Shown here: piece after piece, positions 20,156-29,495 of the stretch
Numbering within the stretch: the first letter of the stretch is position 1
Layout of the letters: the number at the start of each line of letters is the position of its first letter
Assembly (NCBI GenBank): GCA_017624275.1
Contig: JAGANG010000048.1
Coordinates: 199 to 64,198, forward strand
Direction of reading: 5' to 3'
Length of the DNA: 64,000 bases
From: Spirochaetales bacterium
Lineage (GTDB): Bacteria > Spirochaetota > GWE2-31-10
Position numbers and translations under genes: made by a program
Notes under the pieces: generated by a model
Told to the model about the DNA's origin: nothing
What the model saw: the letters and a program-made list of their open reading frames with translations, nothing else
The model's database searches: none

Positions 20156-21421
20156 TTGGAAGGTGAAATAAGTACGTGGAATTTTATTCTGTTAGGAATA
20201 TTATTAGTATTATCTGCATTTTTCTCGGCAAGCGAGACTGCTTTTACATCTATGAGTAAATTAAAAGTCCGACATATGCTTGACGCAAACATCAAAGGTG
20301 CAAAACATATTGCAAAAATATTAGATAATCCAAACAAAATGTTGACTACAATTTTGGTAGGAAACAACATTGTAAATATAACGACTACCTCTATTGCAAC
20401 AGCACTTACCATTCATTATTTAGGAGAATCCGGAACCGGTATCGCTGCAATAATTACTACAATTTTTATTCTTTTATTCGGTGAAATTACACCTAAAACA
20501 TTGGCAAATGCATTCCCCGAAAAAATTTGTATCAGTGTTGCTGTAATTATGAGAATTATAATTTTTATTCTTACTCCGTTTTCAATTGTTTTCTCTAAAA
20601 TCTCGGACTTACTGCTGTTTTTGTTCGGAGATAAAAAAGGAAAGAAAAAGGTTTCCATAACAGAAGAAGAATTGAAAACGATGGTAAACGTATCCCAAGA
20701 AGAAGGCGTTCTGGAAACTGACGAACAAGAAATGATTCTCAATATCATAGAATTTAATGATACCGAAGTCGGAAAAATAATGACTCCGAGAACGGAAATC
20801 ATCGGTGTAGATATCAATGCCGGTTACGACGAAGTTTATCGTGTCTTCAAAGAAAATCAATATTCGAGAATCCCCGTATACCAAAATTCTTTAGATGAAA
20901 TCGTCGGAGTCTTACACCTGAAAGACTTGGTTTTGTTTGATAAAGACAAAAGTGCTTATCACAATAAAAACTTTATGAAAGAGCCGTATATCACATTGGA
21001 AAACTTAAAAGTTTCAGATGTATTTAAAAAAATGAAAAGTTCAAAATGTACAATGGGAATAGTATTAGATGAATACGGCGGAACTGCCGGCATTGTAACA
21101 ATAGAAGATTTCGTTGAGGAAATTGTCGGTGATATTAACGATGAATACGATGAATTTGATAATAAAAAAATAAGCGTAATCAATGAAAATACAATATTAG
21201 CAGACGGCTTAGCTGAAATCAGCGATATTAACGATAAACTAGATTTAAATCTCAGCGATGAACGTTTCAACACTATCGGAGGTTTTATTACCGGAGAATT
21301 GGGAAAATTCCCCATAAAAGGTGACACTCTCATTTATAATGATACAGTAGAATTCGTTGTTGAATCAGCCGGGAAAAATAAGGTTGAAAAAGTCAAAATC
21401 ACCAAGTTTTCTCAAGCATAA
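20156..21421 (+). CDS. CNNM/TlyC-family membrane protein (DUF21 + CBS pair + CorC_HlyC domain)
   Basis: TTG start with AAGGAGG 6 nt upstream. N-terminal 4-TM DUF21 (SAFFSASETAFTS), a CBS pair (IMTPRTEI...) and a C-terminal CorC/HlyC transporter-associated domain. Confidence 0.85.
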   Translation: MEGEISTWNFILLGILLVLSAFFSASETAFTSMSKLKVRHMLDANIKGAKHIAKILDNPNKMLTTILVGNNIVNITTTSIATALTIHYLGESGTGIAAIITTIFILLFGEITPKTLANAFPEKICISVAVIMRIIIFILTPFSIVFSKISDLLLFLFGDKKGKKKVSITEEELKTMVNVSQEEGVLETDEQEMILNIIEFNDTEVGKIMTPRTEIIGVDINAGYDEVYRVFKENQYSRIPVYQNSLDEIVGVLHLKDLVLFDKDKSAYHNKNFMKEPYITLENLKVSDVFKKMKSSKCTMGIVLDEYGGTAGIVTIEDFVEEIVGDINDEYDEFDNKKISVINENTILADGLAEISDINDKLDLNLSDERFNTIGGFITGELGKFPIKGDTLIYNDTVEFVVESAGKNKVEKVKITKFSQA

Positions 21422-21437
21422 TAAATCCTTACATCAT

Positions 21438-21500
21438 GCATGGAAAAGTATTTACAGTATTAAACTTTAAATACACTTTCCATGCTTTATTTCCCTTTTA
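21438..21500 (+). terminator. Possible terminator after the CNNM-family gene
   Basis: GCATGGAAAAGT pairs with ACTTTCCATGC (one bulge) across a long loop of about 25 nt. A T-rich tract TTTATTTCCCTTTT follows. Confidence 0.4.
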
Positions 21501-21502
21501 TC

Positions 21503-21531
21503 TTGCAATTCGAATGATTTTTCACTATAAC
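21503..21531 (+). promoter_or_regulatory. Putative sigma70-type promoter for leuA
   Basis: TTGCAA, 17-nt spacer, TATAAC. It lies 37 nt upstream of the leuA ATG. Confidence 0.4.
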
Positions 21532-21567
21532 CAGCTTTATTCTTAATTAAGAAAAAGAGGTTGTTTT

Positions 21568-23232
21568 ATGTCAAAATATTTAAAGTATCCTACGGTCGAT
21601 CTTCCTAACAGAAAATGGCCTAATGCCTCAATAGAAAAAGCTCCTATTTGGTGTAGTGTTGATTTACGAGACGGAAATCAAGCTTTGGCAACACCGATGT
21701 GTTTAAATGAAAAATTAGATTTTTTCAAATTACTTGTTGATATAGGTTTCAAAGAAATTGAAGTAGGTTTCCCTTCTGCCAGTCAAATTGAATACGATTT
21801 TTTACGTCATTTAATCGACAACAATCTTGTTCCTGATGATGTTTATTTACAAATCTTGACACAAGCTCGTGAAGAATTAATAGACAAATCTTTTGAAAGT
21901 CTTGCCGGTGCAAAAAAAGCAATTATTCATTTGTACAATTCAACATCAGAGCAACAACGTCGAATTACATTTAAAAAATCAAAAGAAGAAATAAAAGCAA
22001 TTGCGTTACATGGTGTAGATTTAATTTTGGCACGTCTTAATCTGTTGCCGAATACAGAAGTTTTGCTTGAATATTCTCCGGAAAGTTTTACCGGAACAGA
22101 ACTTGATTATGCGTTAGAAGTTTGTGAAGCTGTCGTAGAACGTTGGCGAACAAAACAAACAAGCCCTGTAATCATTAATTTACCTTCTACCGTAGAAATG
22201 TCTACTCCGAATGTTTTTGCAGACAGGGTCGAATGGTTTTTAGAAAATTTCAGCAACCGTGACAATATTATTTTAAGTGTTCACCCTCACAATGATCGAG
22301 GTTGTGCCGTAGCTACAGCCGAACTCGCCTTACTTGCCGGTGCAGACAGAATCGAAGGTACGCTTTTCGGTAACGGAGAAAGAACCGGAAATCTGGATAT
22401 TGTTACTACAGGACTTAATATGTATACTCAAGGCGTCAATCCTGAGTTAGATTTATTCAACGTGCCAGCTTTATCTGAAAGCTATCAGAAATTTACAAAG
22501 ATGGATATTCCGCCTCGACAACCTTATGCCGGAGAATTAGTGTTTACTGCTTTTTCCGGTTCTCACCAAGATGCAATCAAAAAAGGCATGGATTTACTTG
22601 CTGAGAAAAATGAAAACGACAGCGTTTGGGATGTTCCGTATTTACCTATTAATCCTAAAGACATCGGTCGTTCATACGAAGCTATTATCAGAATCAACAG
22701 TCAAAGCGGAAAGGGTGGAATTGCTTATGTTATGGAAAAAGAATATTCATTAATTATTCCTAAAAACATGCAACCTCAATTGCGTGAAGTAGTACAGCAA
22801 TATTCTGATAAAGTCGTTCACGAATTGTCACCAAAAGAAATTCACGATATTTTGCGTAAAGAATTTATTGATTTGGAACAACCATACAAGCTGTTAAATT
22901 ACAAATTGCAAACAGACACTGTAACCGGCGAAGTAATTTTTGTCGGAGAATTGCAAATCAGTCAGACTTCCATCTCTATTTCCGGAAGCGGAACCGGAGC
23001 AATGGATGCGTTTATCAATTCTTTGGCAAGCGTAATAACTTCAAATTTAGAAGTTGTAGAATATCATGAACAAGCCCTTAATTCTGGAACAAATGCCGTT
23101 GCGGTTACATTCCTTGCGTTGAAAATAGATGAAGAAGATATTTGCTGGGCTGGTGGATATGGAATTGACAGTTCTCATGTTAATTTCACTGCAATTTTAA
23201 ATTGTATTAACAGAAGAAGTACTAATAATTAA
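21568..23232 (+). CDS. leuA: 2-isopropylmalate synthase, long (LeuA type 2) form
   Basis: 554 aa. N-terminal NRKWPNASIEKAPIWCSVDLRDGNQAL, HPHNDRGCAVA, and a C-terminal LeuA dimerisation/regulatory domain. Confidence 0.92.
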   Translation: MSKYLKYPTVDLPNRKWPNASIEKAPIWCSVDLRDGNQALATPMCLNEKLDFFKLLVDIGFKEIEVGFPSASQIEYDFLRHLIDNNLVPDDVYLQILTQAREELIDKSFESLAGAKKAIIHLYNSTSEQQRRITFKKSKEEIKAIALHGVDLILARLNLLPNTEVLLEYSPESFTGTELDYALEVCEAVVERWRTKQTSPVIINLPSTVEMSTPNVFADRVEWFLENFSNRDNIILSVHPHNDRGCAVATAELALLAGADRIEGTLFGNGERTGNLDIVTTGLNMYTQGVNPELDLFNVPALSESYQKFTKMDIPPRQPYAGELVFTAFSGSHQDAIKKGMDLLAEKNENDSVWDVPYLPINPKDIGRSYEAIIRINSQSGKGGIAYVMEKEYSLIIPKNMQPQLREVVQQYSDKVVHELSPKEIHDILRKEFIDLEQPYKLLNYKLQTDTVTGEVIFVGELQISQTSISISGSGTGAMDAFINSLASVITSNLEVVEYHEQALNSGTNAVAVTFLALKIDEEDICWAGGYGIDSSHVNFTAILNCINRRSTNN

Positions 23233-23253
23233 TATTTTATAAACAGATTTAAG

Positions 23254-23288
23254 ACGTCACATATTTTATATGTGACGTTAATTTTTTA
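23254..23288 (+). terminator. Rho-independent terminator of leuA
   Basis: Perfect 11-bp stem ACGTCACATAT/ATATGTGACGT with a 3-nt loop, followed by TAATTTTTT. Confidence 0.8.
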
Positions 23289-23304
23289 TACAAGGAATTT
23301 GATT

Positions 23305-23769
23305 ATGAACGGAATTATTATTTACGGAACATTTCACGGCAGTACAAAAGAATGTGCCGAAAAGCTGGCAAAATTGACTAATTTCTCTATAATTGATGCC
23401 AAAACTGCATTAAATATGGATTTTTCATCCTATGACAAAATTATCATAGGAAGTGCTTTACAGAAATTCAGAGTTCACCCGGACATTGAAAAACTTTTTA
23501 ATACAAAAAAAGCATCTTTCACTCCGGAAAAAACATATTTTTTCCAAGTCAGTACAAACCCGAAACTGCCGAAATATTTTCAGCCGAATCTGCAAAATAT
23601 AAAATCTGCACATTTCGGCGGAAAAATTGACTGGGCGACTTTAAATTTTTCAGAACGCATTATTATTTCTATAATTTCATTTCTTTGCAAAACGAACTTA
23701 AAGAACTTTAACAATATTCAAGAAGCTAGAATCAAAAAATTTGCAGCAGAAGTTATAAATTCAAAATAA
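23305..23769 (+). CDS. Flavodoxin-domain protein
   Basis: Start set at ATG 23305 (AAGGAA upstream), because the longer ORF start at 23272 lies inside the leuA terminator. MNGIIIYGTFHGSTKECAEKLA is a flavodoxin-like FMN-loop N-terminus. Confidence 0.65.
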   Translation: MNGIIIYGTFHGSTKECAEKLAKLTNFSIIDAKTALNMDFSSYDKIIIGSALQKFRVHPDIEKLFNTKKASFTPEKTYFFQVSTNPKLPKYFQPNLQNIKSAHFGGKIDWATLNFSERIIISIISFLCKTNLKNFNNIQEARIKKFAAEVINSK

Positions 23770-23784
23770 TTTTAAAACGAAAAA

Positions 23785-23877
23785 AGGACTGTCTATAAGT
23801 AAAAGGCACAATGTCATTCCTGACTTGTCTGGAATTTACTAACAACATCCAGCATGACAGACTTTACAGACAGTCCT
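23785..23877. repeat. Long inverted repeat with the shared stem AGGACTGTCT/AGACAGTCCT, between convergent genes (probable bidirectional terminator)
   Basis: 10-bp arms at 23785-23794 and 23868-23877, flanked by a 5' A-run and a 3' T-rich tract, with a 73-nt interior. The same stem core recurs at 52812-52854 and 59017-59053. Confidence 0.5.
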
Positions 23878-23886
23878 CTTTTGCAT

Positions 23887-24543
23887 TCAAATTAAGCCAC
23901 TCTTATAAAAACTAAAGTAACCATTAGGGCTTACTATCAAATGTTCCAATACTTCAATACCGATTAATTCACCGACTTTTTTTATTTTCAATGTTGATTC
24001 AATATCATCTTTACTGGGATTCGTATCACCGGAAGGATGATTGTGAACCAAAACAATAGACGCAGCTCGATCTTTTATTGCATGATGGAAAATTTCTCTG
24101 GGATGAACAAGACTTTGATTTATTGTGCCGACAAAGATTATCCTTTTCTTTATAACGCACGACGCCCCATTTAAAGTTATTAACATAAAATGTTCTTGTC
24201 TTTTCTTGGCAATATTAAAAGAAAGTTTGTAAATATCACCGGCACGTACTATAGATTCCTCAGAATCAGCTTTTAATCGTTTTACAAGTTCCAATACTGC
24301 TAATATCTTCGCCGCTTTTATAAAACCAATCCCCTCTATGGACAATAATCTTTTTAATGAAATCTTGTCCGGTTCATATTTTAATATTTTCGCTAAGCGA
24401 CCGGATATTTGCATTACGTTTTTTCTGGATGTTCCTACTTGAATTATCAAAGCCAACAGCTCTGTCATTGATAAAGATTGAATACCCAGCAATTTTAATT
24501 TTTCACGAGGTTTAATAGACGGAATAATTTTTTCATCTGACAT
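23887..24543 (-). CDS. radC: RadC-family JAB/MPN domain protein (UPF0758)
   Basis: 218 aa. N-terminal HhH-like region, and the JAMM motif HNHPSGDTNPSKDD in the C-terminal domain. Confidence 0.85.
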   Translation of the reverse strand: MSDEKIIPSIKPREKLKLLGIQSLSMTELLALIIQVGTSRKNVMQISGRLAKILKYEPDKISLKRLLSIEGIGFIKAAKILAVLELVKRLKADSEESIVRAGDIYKLSFNIAKKRQEHFMLITLNGASCVIKKRIIFVGTINQSLVHPREIFHHAIKDRAASIVLVHNHPSGDTNPSKDDIESTLKIKKVGELIGIEVLEHLIVSPNGYFSFYKSGLI

Positions 24544-24650
24544 TTTTACATCTCCATATATGCTTTAATTAAAAAAAAGTTTTTTTTATTGCATAACAGA
24601 GACTTTTTTTACTTTTCATTCCGTTTTAGTATTGCAAAACTGAATTAAAA

Positions 24651-26252
24651 TCACTTTCCGAGTTCTTTTGCTCGTTCAATATGAATATGATTTTTCCCCT
24701 TTTTGCGGCGAAATGCATCGATAATAGTATTTGCATCATCAGCAGAAACTGTCATAAAAGAAAATTTATCAAATACAGCAACATCATTTATCGCTTTAGA
24801 AGGAATTCTTGTTTCGGAACAAATCAAATCTACTAATTTTTTAGGATTAATCTTTTCCTTTTTTCCCAATCCTATAAATAAACGAGTTTTCTCATTCTTT
24901 TTACTTTTTACCTGACGAATCTGTGCATAACTTTTCTCTTCCAGTTCATCATCCAATGCAAATTGCAAAACTGAAGCTATCAAATCTTCAAGATTCTGTC
25001 CTTGATCTTCACCGGAAAGTAATAAATCCCGTGCGAATTCACGACATCCTTTGGAAATACCTTTTTCCATAATATCTGAGATTTGATTACGTATTCGATC
25101 TTTCTTAGCTTCAATAACTTCATTTATTTCCGGGACTTGCTGTTTTTTTATATCAGTCTTTGCAACACGCTTTATAAACATCAATTTTCTGTATTCATCC
25201 GGAGTCACAAAAGTAATCGCAGTTCCTTCTCTACCAGCACGTCCGGTACGTCCTATTCGATGAACATAAGCTTCCGGATCTTGCGGCAATGAATAATTAA
25301 TAACGTGAGTCAAATTATTTACGTCTATACCACGAGCTGCTACATCTGTAGCCACAAGAATAGTAAGTTTTTTATTTTTAAATCTAGTCAATACTTTCTC
25401 TCGTTGCATTTGTGTAATATCACCATGAATCGCTTCGGCATCATAGCCTCTGTCAATCAAACGAGTTGTTGTAGTATCTACATCATGTTTTGTTCTACAA
25501 AAAATTATTCCGTAAAAATCAACTTCTAAATCCAGAATACGACAAAGAGCTTCAAATTTATCACGTTCCGAAACTTCAAAATAAATCTGTTCGGTTAAAT
25601 CTGTCGTTACAGCTTTCTTTTGAATCTTAATGACTTTATGGTCTTTCATATAATTCTTTGCGATACGCATAATTTCTTGCGGCATTGTCGCACTAAAAAG
25701 CAATACACGACGATTTTCAGATGTTTGCGATAATATTTTTTCTACATCCTCAATAAACCCCATATTCAACATTTCATCGGCTTCGTCAAGAATCATAAAT
25801 TTCAAATTATCAAGTTTTAATGTACCACGTTCAAGATGATCTATAATTCGTCCCGGAGTTCCTACAATTATATGAATTCCGCCTTTTTTTAAATGTTTTA
25901 TTTGTAATTCTATTCCCTGCCCACCGTAAACAGGTAATACTTTCAATTTCTTATCGCCCTTTAAAGAGTTAATTTCATCTGCAACCTGCAAAGCCAATTC
26001 TCTCGTAGGAGTTAAAATTAAAGCTCCGATTTGTTTAGATTTTTCATCCAATCGTTCAATAATAGGAATTCCGAATGCAGCAGTTTTCCCTGTTCCGGTT
26101 TGTGCCTGACCTACCAAATCAGAATCTCCGTTTAATAAAAGAGGAATTGTTTGTTCTTGAATTTGAGATGGTTCTTCAAACCCCTTAGCCTCAAGAGCTT
26201 TTAAAATATTCTCAGACAATCCCATTGCTGCAAATTTTTCAAGTTTTTCCAT
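24651..26252 (-). CDS. DEAD-box ATP-dependent RNA helicase with DbpA-type C-terminal RNA-binding domain
   Basis: Q-motif region, AQTGTGKT, DEAD (ILDEADEML), SAT and HRIGRTGRAG, plus a C-terminal DbpA-like domain. ATG 26252 (AGGAA upstream) is preferred to 26261. Confidence 0.9.
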   Translation of the reverse strand: MEKLEKFAAMGLSENILKALEAKGFEEPSQIQEQTIPLLLNGDSDLVGQAQTGTGKTAAFGIPIIERLDEKSKQIGALILTPTRELALQVADEINSLKGDKKLKVLPVYGGQGIELQIKHLKKGGIHIIVGTPGRIIDHLERGTLKLDNLKFMILDEADEMLNMGFIEDVEKILSQTSENRRVLLFSATMPQEIMRIAKNYMKDHKVIKIQKKAVTTDLTEQIYFEVSERDKFEALCRILDLEVDFYGIIFCRTKHDVDTTTTRLIDRGYDAEAIHGDITQMQREKVLTRFKNKKLTILVATDVAARGIDVNNLTHVINYSLPQDPEAYVHRIGRTGRAGREGTAITFVTPDEYRKLMFIKRVAKTDIKKQQVPEINEVIEAKKDRIRNQISDIMEKGISKGCREFARDLLLSGEDQGQNLEDLIASVLQFALDDELEEKSYAQIRQVKSKKNEKTRLFIGLGKKEKINPKKLVDLICSETRIPSKAINDVAVFDKFSFMTVSADDANTIIDAFRRKKGKNHIHIERAKELGK

Positions 26253-26459
26253 GATTAACATTCCTATACTAACGACACATATTCAGACATGCCCAAAATT
26301 TATATTTCTATGCGAATTGATTTTTTTATGTTCCGAGTAATTTAAAAAGAAAATTATTGAGGATTAAAACGCAGTAAAAAATCGTTCGATTTATACGGTT
26401 TTATTCATTGAATGTCAATCTTTTGATTAGAATAAGAATTAAAGATATTTTGTTGATTA

Positions 26460-26909
26460 TCAACCGATCCAGCTGTACAAATCACGCTTATAAACAATCA
26501 ATTCTTCTGCTGAGAAAAAATTATTTATTTCACGTTCTGCACTTTCCGGAGAGTCTGAAGTATGAACCACATTACTTGCAATGTGAATTACATAATCTCC
26601 GCGAATTGTACCGGGAGCAGCCTCTTCTACCTTTGTCGCACCTGCCAATTTTCTGGCTATACGAATAGCATTTTCTGCTTCCAACACAAGCACTACACAC
26701 GGTGAAGAAATAATAAAATCCACTAATTCATTAAAAAAAGGTTTGTCTTTATGCTCTGCATAATGATATTCAGCTTTCTCTTTAGAAATCATAATCATTT
26801 TCATTGCAATAAATTTCAAACCTTTTTTTTCAAAACGTGAAAGAATCTCTCCTGTGATACCTCGCTGAATACAATCCGGTTTTAAAATTACAAGAGTTCT
26901 TTCATGCAT
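26460..26909 (-). CDS. ndk: Nucleoside diphosphate kinase
   Basis: 149 aa. ERTLVILKPD, the active-site His in NVVHTSDS, and GTIRGDY. Confidence 0.93.
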   Translation of the reverse strand: MHERTLVILKPDCIQRGITGEILSRFEKKGLKFIAMKMIMISKEKAEYHYAEHKDKPFFNELVDFIISSPCVVLVLEAENAIRIARKLAGATKVEEAAPGTIRGDYVIHIASNVVHTSDSPESAEREINNFFSAEELIVYKRDLYSWIG

Positions 26910-26911
26910 AA

Positions 26912-27184
26912 TTATAGACCGTATTTTGCTTTAATTTCAGCTTCAGCTTCTAACCAGTCAGTTAAGCTATTGCCTTCTTTACCGCTTCTTTGTCTTTCTT
27001 CAAACAAAGCATAAGATCTCTTTTCTACTTCAGCAATAAAATCTTCTTTAGAAATTGTAACTGCGGCAGCTGCTGCTTTTTTTGTAGTTGTTTTTCTAGT
27101 TGTTGTCTTTTTTACTGTTTCTGTAGTTGCTTCTTTTTTAACATCTTCAGTAGATGCTGTTTCAGCTGTTTTTCTCTTAGCCAT
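26912..27184 (-). CDS. Small Lys/Thr-rich protein with a DUF2934-like C-terminal motif
   Basis: 90 aa. The C-terminal SLTDWLEAEAEIKAKY resembles the DUF2934 signature. AAGGAG RBS. The stop lies 2 nt before the ndk start. Confidence 0.55.
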   Translation of the reverse strand: MAKRKTAETASTEDVKKEATTETVKKTTTRKTTTKKAAAAAVTISKEDFIAEVEKRSYALFEERQRSGKEGNSLTDWLEAEAEIKAKYGL

Positions 27185-27320
27185 AAAAAAACACTCCTTT
27201 TTACTTATTCTTTTTTACTGTGGTATTTTACCATTTTTTTAAATGGACAATTTTCAGATACTTATACTTAAAATAAAAATAAATTGCAAATATTTCTTAA
27301 TATAACTACACAATAAAAAA

Positions 27321-28322
27321 TTAATATCCGATACTTATAAGTATTTTCCCGAAAGATTTTTCTTCTTTGGAAGATTTTTCGAAAATCCAACGACAAAATT
27401 GTCTTCGAATATCTTCATCCCACTCCGAATTCCCGGAACTTTTTACTATATTTGCATTTCTTATGTACCCATCGGAATCTACATTAAAATTAATTTCTAT
27501 TACAAATTTAAATCCAGCTTCTTTTACTTCCTGCGGAACTTCGATTGCATCAGAATAAAGCAAACCTCTTGCTCCTCCATTGCTCCACTCAATATCTTTT
27601 CCCTTATTGGATTCATTATCATTATTATTTTTGCTTCCTTCATTTCCCACACCGTTACCGTCATTGTCTTTTCCCGGCGTAGAATTATCAGCAAATAAAA
27701 CATCATCAAAATTAAAATCCGGCAAACTTTCCTGCGATTGCTGAGAATCCTCAAAAAAGTCTTCTTCCAACTGGTGTTTAGTTTCTTTTTGTAATTGTTC
27801 AAATTTATCAAAAATATCCACCTCTTCCGTAACTACCGGTACATTTTCCACAGGTTCAACTTGTTCTTTGATTTGGACATTTTCTTGTTTTTCTTTAATT
27901 TCTTCTTTTGGTAAATCCGGCTGTTTTGCTGCAACATTTGGCTTTTGTGTTTTTTCTACTGTTTTAGTTTTTTTCACATTTACTGATTTAGAAACATTTG
28001 TCGCTTTAGGTTTAAAATCAGATTTCTTCTTATTCACCGATTTCTGAGGAATATTTTTTTTCACCGGAGTAATTTGTTTCTTTGCCGGAGCAGACTCCTT
28101 TTTCATTGATGCATCTTTTTTGTTTCCCGATTTTTCTTGCGAAACACTAAGCTGATCTTGCACTAATCTGACAGTCATTACTCTGTCTTCCGGTTTTGAA
28201 ACATCCGGTTTAAAATATGAAATTCCAAAGATAAAAAAGAAATGCAAAAGAATTGATAAAAAGATTGCCCAGCCTAAGCGTCTTTCTTGTGACTTAACTT
28301 CTCTGTCATTCACCGTATTCAT
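27321..28322 (-). CDS. TonB-like energy transducer
   Basis: N-terminal anchor LGWAIFLSILLHFFFIFGISYF, a long Lys/Pro/Glu-rich linker, and a C-terminal TonB_C-like fold of about 80 aa. Its start overlaps the exbD stop. Confidence 0.7.
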   Translation of the reverse strand: MNTVNDREVKSQERRLGWAIFLSILLHFFFIFGISYFKPDVSKPEDRVMTVRLVQDQLSVSQEKSGNKKDASMKKESAPAKKQITPVKKNIPQKSVNKKKSDFKPKATNVSKSVNVKKTKTVEKTQKPNVAAKQPDLPKEEIKEKQENVQIKEQVEPVENVPVVTEEVDIFDKFEQLQKETKHQLEEDFFEDSQQSQESLPDFNFDDVLFADNSTPGKDNDGNGVGNEGSKNNNDNESNKGKDIEWSNGGARGLLYSDAIEVPQEVKEAGFKFVIEINFNVDSDGYIRNANIVKSSGNSEWDEDIRRQFCRWIFEKSSKEEKSFGKILISIGY

Positions 28323-28735
28323 TACCGCTTCCTGTCTAATGCCAAATCAATACTGTCATAGCCATGTTCTTTTAAAATATCCATAATATTAATGAGTAAT
28401 TCATATTCTATGCTTTTATTTCCATACAAAATAACAGACTTTCTGTCATTACCTCCGGTTACAGCGGATTCCGATAAAATAGCAGAAAAATTTGTCAAAT
28501 TCGTTTTTTGGGTTCCTACCATAATAGAATTTTTATTAACGACAGTTATTTTCAATGGAGTTTCGGCTATTTTTGATAAATTCTCTGCTTTCGGTAACTC
28601 AAATTCCATTCCCGTCGTTATTTTAACTTGCGTTGCTAACATAAAAAATATGATTAACTGGAAAACAATATCAATCATCGGAGCCATATCAAGCACAACT
28701 TTTGTTTTCAGTCTTCTGTTAAATTTTACAGCCAT
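28322..28735 (-). CDS. exbD: ExbD/TolR-family biopolymer transport protein
   Basis: 137 aa. MAPMIDIVFQLIIFFM with the conserved Asp in the single TM segment. Confidence 0.85.
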   Translation of the reverse strand: MAVKFNRRLKTKVVLDMAPMIDIVFQLIIFFMLATQVKITTGMEFELPKAENLSKIAETPLKITVVNKNSIMVGTQKTNLTNFSAILSESAVTGGNDRKSVILYGNKSIEYELLINIMDILKEHGYDSIDLALDRKR

Positions 28736-28736
28736 A

Positions 28737-29366
28737 TCAGCCTCTTTTTTCCTGTTTTATTAACATTTGAATAAGATTATTTGCCTGAATTTCCAGTTTC
28801 AAAATCATATTATTAACCTTGTTTGTGTAATGATTATAAACAACCGTTGACGGTATCGCCACAACCAACCCAAACGCAGTCGTTAATAACGCCTTAGAAA
28901 TTCCTTGTGCCAACTGTTCCATATTTCCCAAAGACGCTCCGGCTCCGATAACTCCGAATGTTTCCATATTTCCCATTACTGTACCTAAAAGCCCCAACAA
29001 CGGAGCAATACTTGCAATAGAACCTAATGTAGTAAGAAATTTTTCCAACTTAGGAATCTCCAAACTTGCAGCATCTTTTATTGCATCTTGAATTCTGGCT
29101 TCATCTTCCTTTCGATGTTTTATTCCTGCTTTTACTAAATTTGTTACCGGAGACGGTTTAGAATCACAAATCGCAAGTACTTCTTCATAGTGATTCATAG
29201 ATATCGCCTTGGCAATTCTATCTAAAAGTTTATCTGTACCTAAATTAATCTTTTTATAATAAAAGAATCGTTCCAGCGTAATCGCCAATGCAATAATCGA
29301 ACAGATAAAAATAGCAGACATTATAAAAGGTCCGCCATCCATAAATAACTTTATAATTCCTTTCAT
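28737..29366 (-). CDS. exbB: MotA/TolQ/ExbB-family proton channel
   Basis: 209 aa with three TM segments. APLLGLLGTVMGNMETF is the ExbB/TolQ signature. Confidence 0.88.
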   Translation of the reverse strand: MKGIIKLFMDGGPFIMSAIFICSIIALAITLERFFYYKKINLGTDKLLDRIAKAISMNHYEEVLAICDSKPSPVTNLVKAGIKHRKEDEARIQDAIKDAASLEIPKLEKFLTTLGSIASIAPLLGLLGTVMGNMETFGVIGAGASLGNMEQLAQGISKALLTTAFGLVVAIPSTVVYNHYTNKVNNMILKLEIQANNLIQMLIKQEKRG

Positions 29367-29430
29367 GTTACCCCCAAATAGACTACATACGACAAGAAAA
29401 TCATCGTCACAATATCAAAATGTCTAAGCA

Positions 29431-29474
29431 AAAAATAAAAAAACCCTTTAATAGAAATCTTATCTATTAAAGGG
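29431..29474 (-). terminator. Rho-independent terminator of the hyperacidic-protein gene
   Basis: On the minus strand, an 11-bp stem CCCTTTAATAG/CTATTAAAGGG with a 9-nt loop is followed by TTTTTTTATTTTT. Confidence 0.8.
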
Positions 29475-29495
29475 CTAACTTGAAATCAACAAAAA

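Noticed and set aside
21422-21567. T-box or leucine leader-peptide attenuator upstream of leuA.
   Set aside because: No specifier loop or T-box sequence and no Leu-rich mini-ORF could be seen. The hairpin present is better read as the terminator of the upstream gene.
23272-23304. Longer start (23272) for the flavodoxin-like gene.
   Set aside because: The extra 11 codons lie within the leuA terminator hairpin and T-run. ATG 23305 has an RBS-like AAGGAA and gives the normal flavodoxin N-terminus.
26408-26668. Plus-strand 86-aa ORF, and similar antisense ORFs at 20140-20412, 20416-20817, 17871-18245 and 46013-46300.
   Set aside because: All lie antisense to well-supported genes (ndk, the CNNM gene, proC, the oxidoreductase gene). 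They lack RBS motifs and have a hydrophobic, low-complexity shadow-ORF composition.
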